Source of the DNA: Obrimoposthia wandeli
Lineage: Eukaryota
Length of the DNA: 64,000 nt
Assembly (NCBI GenBank): GCA_977020255.1
Contig: CDROCS010003074.1
Coordinates: 248,001 to 312,000, forward strand
Direction of reading: 5' to 3'
The notes under the pieces are model-generated. The model saw only the letters and a program-made list of their open reading frames with translations, searched no databases and was not told where the DNA came from. Of the stretch, positions 52,757 through 62,607 are shown piece after piece (within the stretch, counting starts at the first letter, position 1; each line of letters starts with the position of its first letter). The translations under genes were made by a program, and so were the position numbers.

Positions 52757-53720
52757 CAGGGTGGCTGTTAAATTATTGCTGAAAAAGTAAAATAGGTAGA
52801 AAAGTTATATTTTTGAAAATCTAATGCATGGATATAATAATTCCCCGCGAGAAGAAGAACATGCATAAACAAAGTTTAATATTAACAATTGACGATAGGA
52901 AAAAGGGGGAAATTTACACAAAATTACCCAAATACATCGTTAAGAAATGCATCCAGTTCATACCAATTGTTTATTTAGGTCTATTCAGAACGTTCTCAAA
53001 CACGACTTGAAATTCTATCCCTATAAACTGTAGGAAAAGAAGGAACAATTGTATTTTTACACTTATTTTCCCGATGAAGCCATATTCCCGTTAGATGGTG
53101 TTGTCATTTGACACAACTGTCGAATTTGTGCACTGAAACAACCTGTGAGATATACAAGAGGTACCATTCAAGTCCAAAAGAAAATATCAATCGAGTCAAC
53201 TACGTGAACATTTTACGGCGTTGTTTTATTCCAACACCGACAGATCATACGATCAACAGTTTTTAACATGTCCCATCAGCATATTTCCCGTGCGCAGTAA
53301 GAGAGTTTCTAAACATGAACTGTTATGCACAGTGGTAAGGGAGAACTGGACCAATGGTTTGGACTACAAGATCTCCTGATCTACTTTCTTTGGACTTTTT
53401 GTGTGGAGATATTTTAAGAAAATGGTTTTCCAATATAAATAAAAATATATTCAAGAACTGAAAGAATCATTTCACTTGAAGCACAAATGCTACTTTTGCT
53501 TTTCAAGGATGTCGTTAGAAATGTACACTGTTTTTCAATTTTTAATGACCATCAACGTATGCTCAATAGGAAAAACGTCTAATAAATTTGGAAGTATTTA
53601 AAAATAGTCAGCTGATAAATAAGTTTGACAAAATAATAAGGGAGTTCAGACTGAAAAATTCAAATTTTGTTAGTCGCTGAAAATTGACTTTTATGAAAGT
53701 TTAACGTTGTAAAAATTCAT
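52757..53720 (+). mobile_element. Tc1/mariner-type remnant
   Basis: Begins cagggtggc; DEAIFPLDG and RSPDL..LDF motifs. Confidence 0.6.
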
Positions 53721-54760
53721 CCGTCTATCTGGTAGACAAAATTTGTTTTTGTTCATATATTTGTGAAAAATAACTTTAAAAGGTTTTTGTATATGAAAAA
53801 TAATAATAGCTATTAACCATAATAATAATAATTTAAATATACATTATTATGAATCGGTAAACGAGTCTTCTATGCTGTTTAGCATATTTAAACAAATATA
53901 TTTGGTCAGGCTTTCTTTTGATTGAGACTTATTGAAAATCATAATAATATAACATATGAAGAGTTATTGTTGAAAGGTTCTTTACAAATAAGCCACTTTG
54001 AACAGTTAAGTGCAGTATATTCTAAACAAAAATTACTTAATGTGTTTTCTGAATTCTTAAATATTAGTACACTATTTTAGTGCTAATGGAAAACTGTCTT
54101 CTTTTTTCAATTTAGATATTTGGATTGCCAGTTCTCTATTATTGTCACTTCATTTCAATTAATTGCATATTGAATTTCAATTTCTAGAAGTTTTCACAAA
54201 TATGGAGATGGCTTTTAAACTGGACATTGTATACTCTATTGTAGGGGTTCCGCTACCTTTTTAAAAATACTTAAAACCATAAAGTGAAAAATGAATAAAA
54301 CATTTAAAGTTAAACTACTGAAGTATTTATTAAGTATTTATTGTAGGCCTATGCTCTGGTAGGTTAAGGCGAGTAGAGTTAATGCCAATTTTTGTAAATT
54401 TATTTTTTATTAAATTTCGGCTAGCGGAACCCATTTTGTGAACCCCTGCTCTATTGGAACATTTATTGGAAGTCAATGTAGTTCAAATGTATAGTTCTTT
54501 TACCATCTTTCCTTTATAGATAATTTCTATGTTATCGCCGTTGCTTTGTTCATGAATATTTGTCATCTCTCTAGATATAACTGTGAAAGATTGTACAATA
54601 CTGAGTCATGGAAGTCTAGCCTAGAAGTGTCAATATCGTTCATAGACATTGTAATGATTTCCTTTGATAAATATATTCTGAATTTACTTATTTTTCGTAT
54701 CTGTTAGCTACAGCTTTTAGCAATATTGTCAAACTGAGAATCCATATCCAGTGTATTATC

Positions 54761-55317
54761 AGTAGGTAGAAGGATGGAGTCTAGATCACTTGACCCCCCC
54801 CCTAAAGGGTGTCACACCATAAGGATGTCTTGCCACACCATAAGAGTATATGTTGCCTCACCTCTGGTCTAGTCTCCACCCTTCTTTTTGTGGTCTAGTC
54901 TCCACCCTTCTTTAGGCTAACCACTATGATCGTCCATAATTCAAAGAGTCAAGTGGTCTAGTCTCCACCCTTCTTTTTGGCTAATCACTATGATTGTCCA
55001 TAATTCAAAGGGTCAAGGTCAGTTTTGACTTGAAACTTTGAAGGTATAATTAAGATCATGTGAAAGTTCACACTTAAAAGTTAAGGAATGTATGACGTAA
55101 TCATACACACACTATTCTATGTGAAAATTTAGGCTAAAGTTCACTCTTATCAGTTAAGGAATGTGGTTTTTAACACACACACACTATTCTATGTGAAAAT
55201 TTAGACTAAAGTTCACTCTTATCAGTTAAGGAATGTATTACGTAATCACACACATACTATTCTATGTGAAAATTTAGATCAAAGTTTTTCCCAGGCTTAC
55301 ACATCTAAAGAATTATG
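54761..55317. repeat. Left TIR (~557 bp) with 3 subterminal aagaagggtggagact motifs (reverse complement) and 3 ~72-bp repeats
   Basis: Reverse complement of segments of 63121-64000. Confidence 0.95.
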
Positions 55318-55386
55318 TTAAATTTGTATTAAATCAAAAAAAAAAAATAAGAAAGAAGTCAGAGAATAATACAAAATTAAACACAT

Positions 55387-56394
55387 TTAATATGTAATTT
55401 CATAATGTCCATAAGCGCGGCTTCTATTTTTCTCGATCCAATAGCGTTTGTCATCTGATGAGCTGAGAGCAGTCTTTTGTATTATGATTGTGTATAGTTG
55501 ATGATTTATTGTTCCAAACTTCTTTTGTGGTATAGTATATGCATTACCGTTTTCATACACGTCTAAATATGTTTGATGTACAACCGTTGAACCCTTAAGA
55601 TTTACTCCTTTTGCTTTATTATTTTCAAAGTCATCTTCAAACTTAAGTGAATAACATTTACAAAGTAAGAAAATCCATTCTTTATACATTCTTCCTTCCG
55701 ATTCATCTTTAAATAAACCTATTTTACTATTAAATTTATTAGAATATAATGGAACATTCACATTATAATTTGACGTATCTAATAATCCATCTGTAATCAT
55801 TTTTGGTAACAACTGTTTTCTTAAATTAACGTTTTTACATTCCAAAAAGAATGAGTCGGTATCACCGGCAACTATATTAATTGAACAATTGAATAAATTA
55901 CGATATATTTGCAAATCATGATACTGAAGAGTATACATTCGTAATTTGCTAAGGTCTAGTACAGCTTGGCCTATATAATTTGGTCGATCGAGACAAATAA
56001 AGTCTTTTCTTAATAAAACAGCTATTAAATTATCATGAATTTCTAACGATGTTTTAGTATGTATATTGTCATTTATTTTACGTTTTCGTGACGGAGTAGG
56101 AGCTGAAATTACTATGTTTGATGGTTCGTTAATTATATCAGTTCTTTTGCTTAAAGCCGGTACTTTAAATAATTTTTTCTTACTATCATTTTCATATTCT
56201 TTTAAATGACTAACATGTCGACTATAAAATAAGTTGTAATCAACATTTTCAGTGCTTAAACATTGTGGACATATGAAATAATTTATCCTTTTGTATGAAT
56301 AACCAAAATATTTTTTCATTATATCATGACATACTTGAGGATTAAAATGTGTATCCGAATAACAAAAATTTGAATAAGTTTTACATATACTCAT
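55387..56394 (-). pseudogene. Internally deleted protein-primed family B DNA polymerase (C-terminal part only)
   Basis: LDRPNYIGQAVLDLSK, GDTDS, IGLFKDE, KAKGV, DDKRY and YGHY are present; no exonuclease, motif A or motif B. Confidence 0.9.
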
Positions 56395-56454
56395 CTGATG
56401 ATATGATTGATTTGATTGGACTTGAGATATTGGTTGATTTGTATACTGAATAAA

Positions 56455-56480
56455 AAAAATATATATATATATATAAATAC
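56455..56480. promoter_or_regulatory. (TA)n/TATAAA tract between the divergent polB and TBP-like genes (candidate bidirectional promoter)
   Basis: atatatatatatataaata within the 110-bp divergent intergenic region. Confidence 0.4.
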
Positions 56481-56504
56481 AATAATTTAATTATTTTACT
56501 TACA

Positions 56505-57059
56505 ATGTTAACAAATATTAATTATAAAGGAATTTGCTTAGATGATGTATCCAAATTAAAATTTCGAACACGACCAGAACAATACGTTTATAAAGCCAAA
56601 GATTATACAATACTTATTTTTAGAAATAAGAAATGCAGGATTATGGGATGTAAGGTACCTATTAAAAATATTTCTTACCCTTTAAGAATAAATATACTTG
56701 GTATTCAATCAATTACGGTATGTGAAAATTTAGATCAAAGTATCAATCTATTTAAATTATGGAATGTATTACGTAATGCATGTTCATTTGACCCTGAGGT
56801 TTTCCCAGGCTTAAGATTAAATATTTTCAATCCATTGTGTGTAAATATTTTCACATCTGGAAAGGTCGTAATTTTAGGTCTTAGAAATTTAGATTTTCAA
56901 AATCAAGTTAACGATATCATGACATACATTAAAAAAAATTATATAAATACGAAACAATTTCTAATTAAATCATTCAATTTTAAATGTCTTATAAAGCCGT
57001 TCAAAAGTATTACGAGTATGATATGTTCTTCTTGGCATCTGCATGGATTCATCCAATGA
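56505..57059 (+). CDS. TATA-binding-protein (TBP)-like protein
   Basis: FDPEVFPGL..IFNPLCVNIFTSGKVVILG matches TBP repeat 2; TILIFRNKKCRIMG matches repeat 1. The natural stop may be near 56946 if the A8 run has one extra A. Confidence 0.8.
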   Translation: MLTNINYKGICLDDVSKLKFRTRPEQYVYKAKDYTILIFRNKKCRIMGCKVPIKNISYPLRINILGIQSITVCENLDQSINLFKLWNVLRNACSFDPEVFPGLRLNIFNPLCVNIFTSGKVVILGLRNLDFQNQVNDIMTYIKKNYINTKQFLIKSFNFKCLIKPFKSITSMICSSWHLHGFIQ

Positions 57060-57130
57060 CTATGCCAGTAACATTATCGAAAACTTCGTACAATTACCGA
57101 GTCTCTGATTTTGACGACCGAATATTTTGA
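56984..57130 (+). CDS. 48-aa small ORF (MSYKAVQKYYEYDMFF...), unknown function
   Basis: ATG in an A-rich context, below the ORF-track cutoff, fills the gap before the ATPase. Confidence 0.35.
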   Translation: MSYKAVQKYYEYDMFFLASAWIHPMTMPVTLSKTSYNYRVSDFDDRIF

Positions 57131-57218
57131 TGTTTAATAAATATTTAATAAAATGTTGTTATTGTTATAAACATGTACTTATTCTGATATATTTATTTTA
57201 TATTAATATTTATATATA

Positions 57219-57848
57219 ATGTTATTAACAAACAATTCGACTTTTCAAGTAGTAGGACCAAGTGGTAGTGGAAAAACTTTATTTGTTTGTAAATTATTAA
57301 ATTCAAAAATGTTTAAAAATAAATTTAATAAAATATATTGGCATCAAGGTGGTGACGGAGAAGCTGGTTTAACAAACCAAGAATTTAATAAAATAAAAAA
57401 CATTAAGATTATTAACGGTTTTGATGAAAATTGGACGACAAGACTCGTAAAAGGTGATGTAATTGTTATTGATGACTTATATCAAGAGGCTAACAAAGAA
57501 TCTGATTTTAATGATTTATTTACAAAAATTGCAAGACATAGAGAAGTTACTGTAATTTTTATAACTCAAAATTTATTTCATCAAGGAGGAAATCATCGTA
57601 CTCGTAATCTTAATGTACATTATTTGATTTTATTCAAAAATCCTAGAGATCAAACAGTGATAGATTTTATTGCTCGTCAAGCATTTCCTCATAACAGGAG
57701 TTATTTAATTGATGCGTTTCATGATGCTACATCTTTACCTCATGGTTATTTATTTTTAAATTTTACTCAATCATGTCCTGATGATTTAAGAATTGTTACT
57801 GATATATTTAACCGTAATGGTATTACAGTCTATAAACAAAATAAATAA
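57219..57848 (+). CDS. A32/FtsK-like genome packaging ATPase
   Basis: Walker A GPSGSGKT, Walker B VIVIDD, ARHR...ITQN motif. Confidence 0.93.
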   Translation: MLLTNNSTFQVVGPSGSGKTLFVCKLLNSKMFKNKFNKIYWHQGGDGEAGLTNQEFNKIKNIKIINGFDENWTTRLVKGDVIVIDDLYQEANKESDFNDLFTKIARHREVTVIFITQNLFHQGGNHRTRNLNVHYLILFKNPRDQTVIDFIARQAFPHNRSYLIDAFHDATSLPHGYLFLNFTQSCPDDLRIVTDIFNRNGITVYKQNK

Positions 57849-57868
57849 TAATAATGTTTTAAAATAAA

Positions 57869-58282
57869 ATGAATTTTAAAAAGAGTATTCTTAAACATAG
57901 TAAAAGGACAGATAAAGATGAAGTTAAAAAATTAATAAACACTGTATTATATGATCGTAATAATATTGAATTTTCAAAAAGTTTACCTTATTTTAAAACC
58001 TTAATTGACGTACCAAAAACGAATAAAATGAAAATGTTGAAATCATTTCCAATTTATGTAGTTGATGATTTAATAAAAATTTTAAATAAAATAATTTATG
58101 GTAAAATTAAACCTGATGATAATATTTTAAAATATAAAAATTCATTAATAAATTTAGCAAATTCACGTGGTAAAATTAATAAAAGAAACATTATTTATAA
58201 TCAAAATGGCGGATTCATATTGGCCCTACTGCCCGCTATAGCATCAGTAATAGCTAGTGTTATAACTTCAAGATGGGGATAG
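57869..58282 (+). CDS. Polinton conserved small protein with a C-terminal QNGG|FILALLPAIASVIASVI peptide (candidate virion membrane-lytic/core precursor)
   Basis: Basic protein with an adenain-type xGG site preceding a hydrophobic tail. Confidence 0.65.
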   Translation: MNFKKSILKHSKRTDKDEVKKLINTVLYDRNNIEFSKSLPYFKTLIDVPKTNKMKMLKSFPIYVVDDLIKILNKIIYGKIKPDDNILKYKNSLINLANSRGKINKRNIIYNQNGGFILALLPAIASVIASVITSRWG

Positions 58283-58504
58283 TTCTGCCGTAGTCTGGAA
58301 AAACCTAGTATGTCACTTTTAGCCTATTGTGAAAATAAACACATATGAATGGTCGACTTGCTATAGCCTTAAATCAATTATGGTATTCTTTCGTTTTATA
58401 CAAACATATAAACATTCTTTCGATTAAAATATATTTAACTTTTATAATAATGGGGATAAACAATACAAAGTTGTCTAACTTATTTATAAATTCTTCATGA
58501 TGCA

Positions 58505-59530
58505 ATGGAAAAGATTTGGAACAATCCAGAAGATCCAGACGGGTATACAGGGTTAGAAAAATTGACAAAAAGAGTCAAACAATCAAAAACAAACACACAA
58601 AAATGGTTAAGAAATGAATTATCATATAGTCTGAATAAACCTTTAAGACGTAAATTCCCTACTAGATCATATAAAACTAATGGTATTAATTCGTTATGGC
58701 AGATGGATTTAATGGAAATGATTCCTTATTCTTCAGTAAATAACGGATTCAAGTATATTTTAACTTGTATTGATGTATTTAGTCGTTTTGCAAGGGCAGT
58801 TGGTGTTAAATCAAAATCGGGTATTGATTTATTACATGCAATAGAATCTTTAATTGTTGATGATGTACCAGTAAATATCCAAACCGATGAAGGTAAAGAA
58901 TTTTTTAATTCACATGTTAAGAAATTATTTAAAACTGAAAATATCAATCATTATTCAGTATATTCTCAATATAAAGCTGCAGTAGTTGAAAGATTTAATA
59001 GAACGTTAAGAGAACGGTTAAATAAATATTTTACTAAACAAGGTAATAAGAAATGGGTGAATGTATTACCAAAAATTATTTATGCTTATACTAATTCTAA
59101 ACATAGAGGTTTAGATGGTTTAAAACCTGTAGATGTAAATAATAAAAATGAATTTGATATTTTGTTGAAACAAAATCTAAAAGAAAAGAAAGTTAAATCT
59201 AAATCTAAAATTGATGATTATGTTCGAATATCAAAAATAAGTACAAGTCCATTTATTAAAAATTTTAATCAAAATTGGAGTGATGAGGTTTTTCAAATTC
59301 ATGATATTAATTATAAACAAAATCCAATAATGTATATTTTAAAAGATATTGATAACGTCATCATCAAAGGAAAATTTTATAAACAAGAGTTACAATTAAT
59401 TGATAAACCTAAACTATATCGAATACAAGAAATTTTAGAAACTAAAGGTCGTGGTAAGAATAAACAATATTACGTAAAGTGGCACGGATACTCTGAACCT
59501 TCTTGGATATTTGCTTCTCAAATTGAATAA
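58505..59530 (+). CDS. Retroviral-like (rve) DDE integrase with C-terminal chromodomain
   Basis: WQMDL, QTDEGKEF, VVERFNRTL, YYVKWHGY; uninterrupted 341 aa. Confidence 0.96.
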   Translation: MEKIWNNPEDPDGYTGLEKLTKRVKQSKTNTQKWLRNELSYSLNKPLRRKFPTRSYKTNGINSLWQMDLMEMIPYSSVNNGFKYILTCIDVFSRFARAVGVKSKSGIDLLHAIESLIVDDVPVNIQTDEGKEFFNSHVKKLFKTENINHYSVYSQYKAAVVERFNRTLRERLNKYFTKQGNKKWVNVLPKIIYAYTNSKHRGLDGLKPVDVNNKNEFDILLKQNLKEKKVKSKSKIDDYVRISKISTSPFIKNFNQNWSDEVFQIHDINYKQNPIMYILKDIDNVIIKGKFYKQELQLIDKPKLYRIQEILETKGRGKNKQYYVKWHGYSEPSWIFASQIE

Positions 59531-60543
59531 TGTCAAAATATATTATTTTACCTAGTAATAGTTGTCCAAGTACTCAACCTAACAATACAGCCAATCAATT
59601 TACTGTAGATTGGGAAAACTCTCTAAATTTAGATGGTGAATGGGAGGTTGCCTTGACTGAATTTGTATTTAATTATACTCCTTTAACAATACAAACTAAT
59701 TCAAAAATACTTTATAAAACGGAAAAGATAGAAATGAAAACTTTCGATGTATCTTTTGCAATTTTAAATGGATTAATTTTTAATAATTTAAATACTGTTT
59801 TCAATTTCAAAATTACAAAGGATCAAAAATTAGAAATAAGTACAATTAACAGTATTCATCGAATGTTGTTAAAATTCGAAACTTTAGAAGAATCAAAAAT
59901 TATAGGTTTTAATGAAATACAAAAAATTTCTAGTCATGTTATAACAAGTGATGAAATTGTTGACATAAATAAAAATATTCATGCTAAAATGAGAATTACA
60001 ATTTATTCTTTAGCTGAATATGAATACGAAATAAAATTTAATCAAAATTATTTGATACAAGATAGTTCTTCATTATGTAATATTATAGCCAGTAAATGTA
60101 ATGAAATTTTTAAAAGCTGTAATATAGATTCAAACGGATTATTTGATATTTTAATAAAGAAAAATGTAAAATCAGTTTTATTTGACGAAAAACTTGCATC
60201 TTTATTAGGTTTAAATAATGTTTTCTTTGAGAAACGAATTAAAGGTTTTCAAAAACCAACACTTTCTAGCTCATATAATCAAATGTATATTTATACTAGT
60301 TTAACAGATTCTGTCTTAGTAGGATCTGATTATGTTCCACTGTTAAAGTCTATTTGGTTAAAATCATTAAAATATCGATATGGAGATGTAGTAAATGTTA
60401 AAATTGATAATCCAATGTACTTGAAAATGAGAGATTCAAGTATTAATAGAATCGAGGTAAATATACGTGATGATTCTGGTAATTTAATTCCATTTTCATA
60501 TGAAGCAAAAACTAGTTTAACTCTTCATTTACGTAAAGTATAA
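59530..60543 (+). CDS. Minor capsid (penton-like) protein
   Basis: ILPSNS...NTANQFTV...GEWEVALTE N-terminus and IEVNIRDDSG...TLHLR C-terminus; position next to the MCP. Confidence 0.85.
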   Translation: MSKYIILPSNSCPSTQPNNTANQFTVDWENSLNLDGEWEVALTEFVFNYTPLTIQTNSKILYKTEKIEMKTFDVSFAILNGLIFNNLNTVFNFKITKDQKLEISTINSIHRMLLKFETLEESKIIGFNEIQKISSHVITSDEIVDINKNIHAKMRITIYSLAEYEYEIKFNQNYLIQDSSSLCNIIASKCNEIFKSCNIDSNGLFDILIKKNVKSVLFDEKLASLLGLNNVFFEKRIKGFQKPTLSSSYNQMYIYTSLTDSVLVGSDYVPLLKSIWLKSLKYRYGDVVNVKIDNPMYLKMRDSSINRIEVNIRDDSGNLIPFSYEAKTSLTLHLRKV

Positions 60544-60580
60544 ACAATATAAATATATTTAAAATATAAACATATATAAA

Positions 60581-60970
60581 ATGAATACATCAATTATAAA
60601 ATTTTATAGCAAAAGTCAACAGGGCGGTGAACTTCCCTATTTCATTGGTAAACAATATGGATCTGGTTGGTATCAAACTATTTCTAGATTAGCTATTCCA
60701 TTTATTAAAAAAGCTACAAGTGCTGCCAATGTAATTGGTGAAACGGTAGGAACTGCGTTAACAAATCCAAAAAACATAATTTCATCTCTCAAAGAAAATA
60801 CAATCAAAGAAGTCAAAACTTTGATTCCAAAATTAAAAAATAATGCTGTTGAGAGTTTAAATAAAGTCGCAAATTGTGTTGAACAAAATGGAAAGGGTTT
60901 TAAACGTAAAAGAAATAATTTAAATAGTATAAACAAACGTCTTAAAGGTACTATTTTCCAAAATGACTAG
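60581..60970 (+). CDS. Basic core-protein-like precursor with adenain-type sites
   Basis: QQGG|E, QYGSG|W and QNGKG|F sites; KRKR tail. Confidence 0.6.
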   Translation: MNTSIIKFYSKSQQGGELPYFIGKQYGSGWYQTISRLAIPFIKKATSAANVIGETVGTALTNPKNIISSLKENTIKEVKTLIPKLKNNAVESLNKVANCVEQNGKGFKRKRNNLNSINKRLKGTIFQND

Positions 60971-62183
60971 TATAAAATCTGAATTGTGTATTTTCGATAG
61001 ACCACTACCTCAAGTAGTGATTGAAAATTCAAGTTTTGAAGAAATATTTCCAATCAATTCAATTACTGGAAAAAATTTAAATGACATAGAATTTAATATT
61101 CATGCATCTGAAGAAGATTATCTGGATTTGAATGATACTTTGTTAAATATTAAATTAAAAGTTGTAAATGAAGATGGTACTGATTTAATGAAAGATAGCG
61201 ATGTAACTCCAGAGAATTACATGTTTCAAACTTTGTTTAGAGATGTTATTCTAACACTTAATAATGTAAAGGTTGAAGGAGGAAATGGAACGTATACTCA
61301 TAAGGCTATATTCGATACTCTTTTGAATTTTAGTAGTGATACCAAGTATACTAACCTTGAATGTTCCGGGTATGATGATGATGCAGAAAATCGTAAACAA
61401 TGGATTAGTGAATCTAAAATATTTTCATTGTGTAATTCAATTAGATTAGATTTCTTTGATCAACCAAAATATTTGATTCCAGGGATTAATGTTCATTTGA
61501 GATTTATGAGAAATCAGCATAATCTTTCGCTCTATTCAGAAACTTCAAAACCAATTATTCAAATTCTAGATGCTAGATTGTATGTTAGAAGAGTAAAAGT
61601 TGATTCTTCAGTAATGATTGGACATCAGTTAGGTTTGCAAAGTCAGAATGCAGTTTACCCAATTAGAAAAACTCAGTTAGTAACATATTCAATTCCTCAG
61701 GGTTCTTTAGAACTTAATAAAGATCAAATATTCGGAGACTATCGTTTACCCAAGTTCATTTTGATTGCTTTCAAAGATACACCTCAGGGTGGTAAGGAAT
61801 ACAAAGTTAAATCTTCTACGTTCAATACATTTAATGTTTCAACAATATCATTAGCTAGAAATACAGATTATCGAGAAACTTATAATCTAGATAATAACAA
61901 TTTTTCATTAGCATATATGCAGTCAATTATTCGAAATATGAATATTTTAGATAAAAACGTGAATAATGGTATCAGATTTTCTGATTTTAAATCAGGAAGT
62001 TCGATTTTCACTTTTCTATTAGCACCAGATTTTGATATAAACACTACTCAAGTGCCTAAAACTGGTAATTTAAGACTTGAAATTAGATTTAATTCTCCTT
62101 TGACCCTTCTAACAAGTGTTTTGATTTACGGAATATTTGATTCCGAAATTCAGATTACGAAAAATAAAACTGTGATTGAATGA
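60963..62183 (+). CDS. Major capsid protein (double jelly-roll)
   Basis: KSELCIF, IEFNI...YLDL..TLL, AVYPI, GNLRLEIRF motifs; 406 aa, uninterrupted. Confidence 0.9.
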   Translation: MTSIKSELCIFDRPLPQVVIENSSFEEIFPINSITGKNLNDIEFNIHASEEDYLDLNDTLLNIKLKVVNEDGTDLMKDSDVTPENYMFQTLFRDVILTLNNVKVEGGNGTYTHKAIFDTLLNFSSDTKYTNLECSGYDDDAENRKQWISESKIFSLCNSIRLDFFDQPKYLIPGINVHLRFMRNQHNLSLYSETSKPIIQILDARLYVRRVKVDSSVMIGHQLGLQSQNAVYPIRKTQLVTYSIPQGSLELNKDQIFGDYRLPKFILIAFKDTPQGGKEYKVKSSTFNTFNVSTISLARNTDYRETYNLDNNNFSLAYMQSIIRNMNILDKNVNNGIRFSDFKSGSSIFTFLLAPDFDINTTQVPKTGNLRLEIRFNSPLTLLTSVLIYGIFDSEIQITKNKTVIE

Positions 62184-62217
62184 AGTAAGCTTATTGTATA
62201 TTATATTCTTTATTTAA

Positions 62218-62556
62218 ATTAGTACTTTAGAAATTCATAAATCCGGAAAAATATTATTGAATAACAAATTTAATGGAGTATATTCATTGGATAAAATTCC
62301 ATCATTAAAACCCGGAGGCTACATTATCAATACTCATACTTCAAATCTACCAGGCGAACATTGGATAGCAATATTCGTTGACAGATTCGAGATTCGAGTG
62401 TTTGACCCTTTTGGATTCTATTATCCTTCAAAGTTGGTGTCTACACTTGAAAAAGAAAACATTCCAGTCTACTATAATCGAGTTAAATGTCAGAATCCAT
62501 TAACTAAAAACTGCAGGCCTCTGAGTCTTTTATGGTTGAAACTTCAACACAAATAA
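62218..62556 (+). CDS. Adenain-like cysteine maturation protease, start codon apparently ATT
   Basis: INT...GEHW, FDPFG, Q......C; the frame is open from att-agt-act-tta-gaa (xSTLEI) at 62218 with no ATG. Confidence 0.8.
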   Translation: MSTLEIHKSGKILLNNKFNGVYSLDKIPSLKPGGYIINTHTSNLPGEHWIAIFVDRFEIRVFDPFGFYYPSKLVSTLEKENIPVYYNRVKCQNPLTKNCRPLSLLWLKLQHK

Positions 62557-62607
62557 TTTTAAGTATAAACAAATATATCATTATAGTATTTCATTTTATT
62601 TTTTCAA

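Noticed and set aside
58374-58947. Minus-strand ORFs inside the Polinton (also 60673-60936)
   Set aside because: Antisense to the integrase and core genes, with no motifs.
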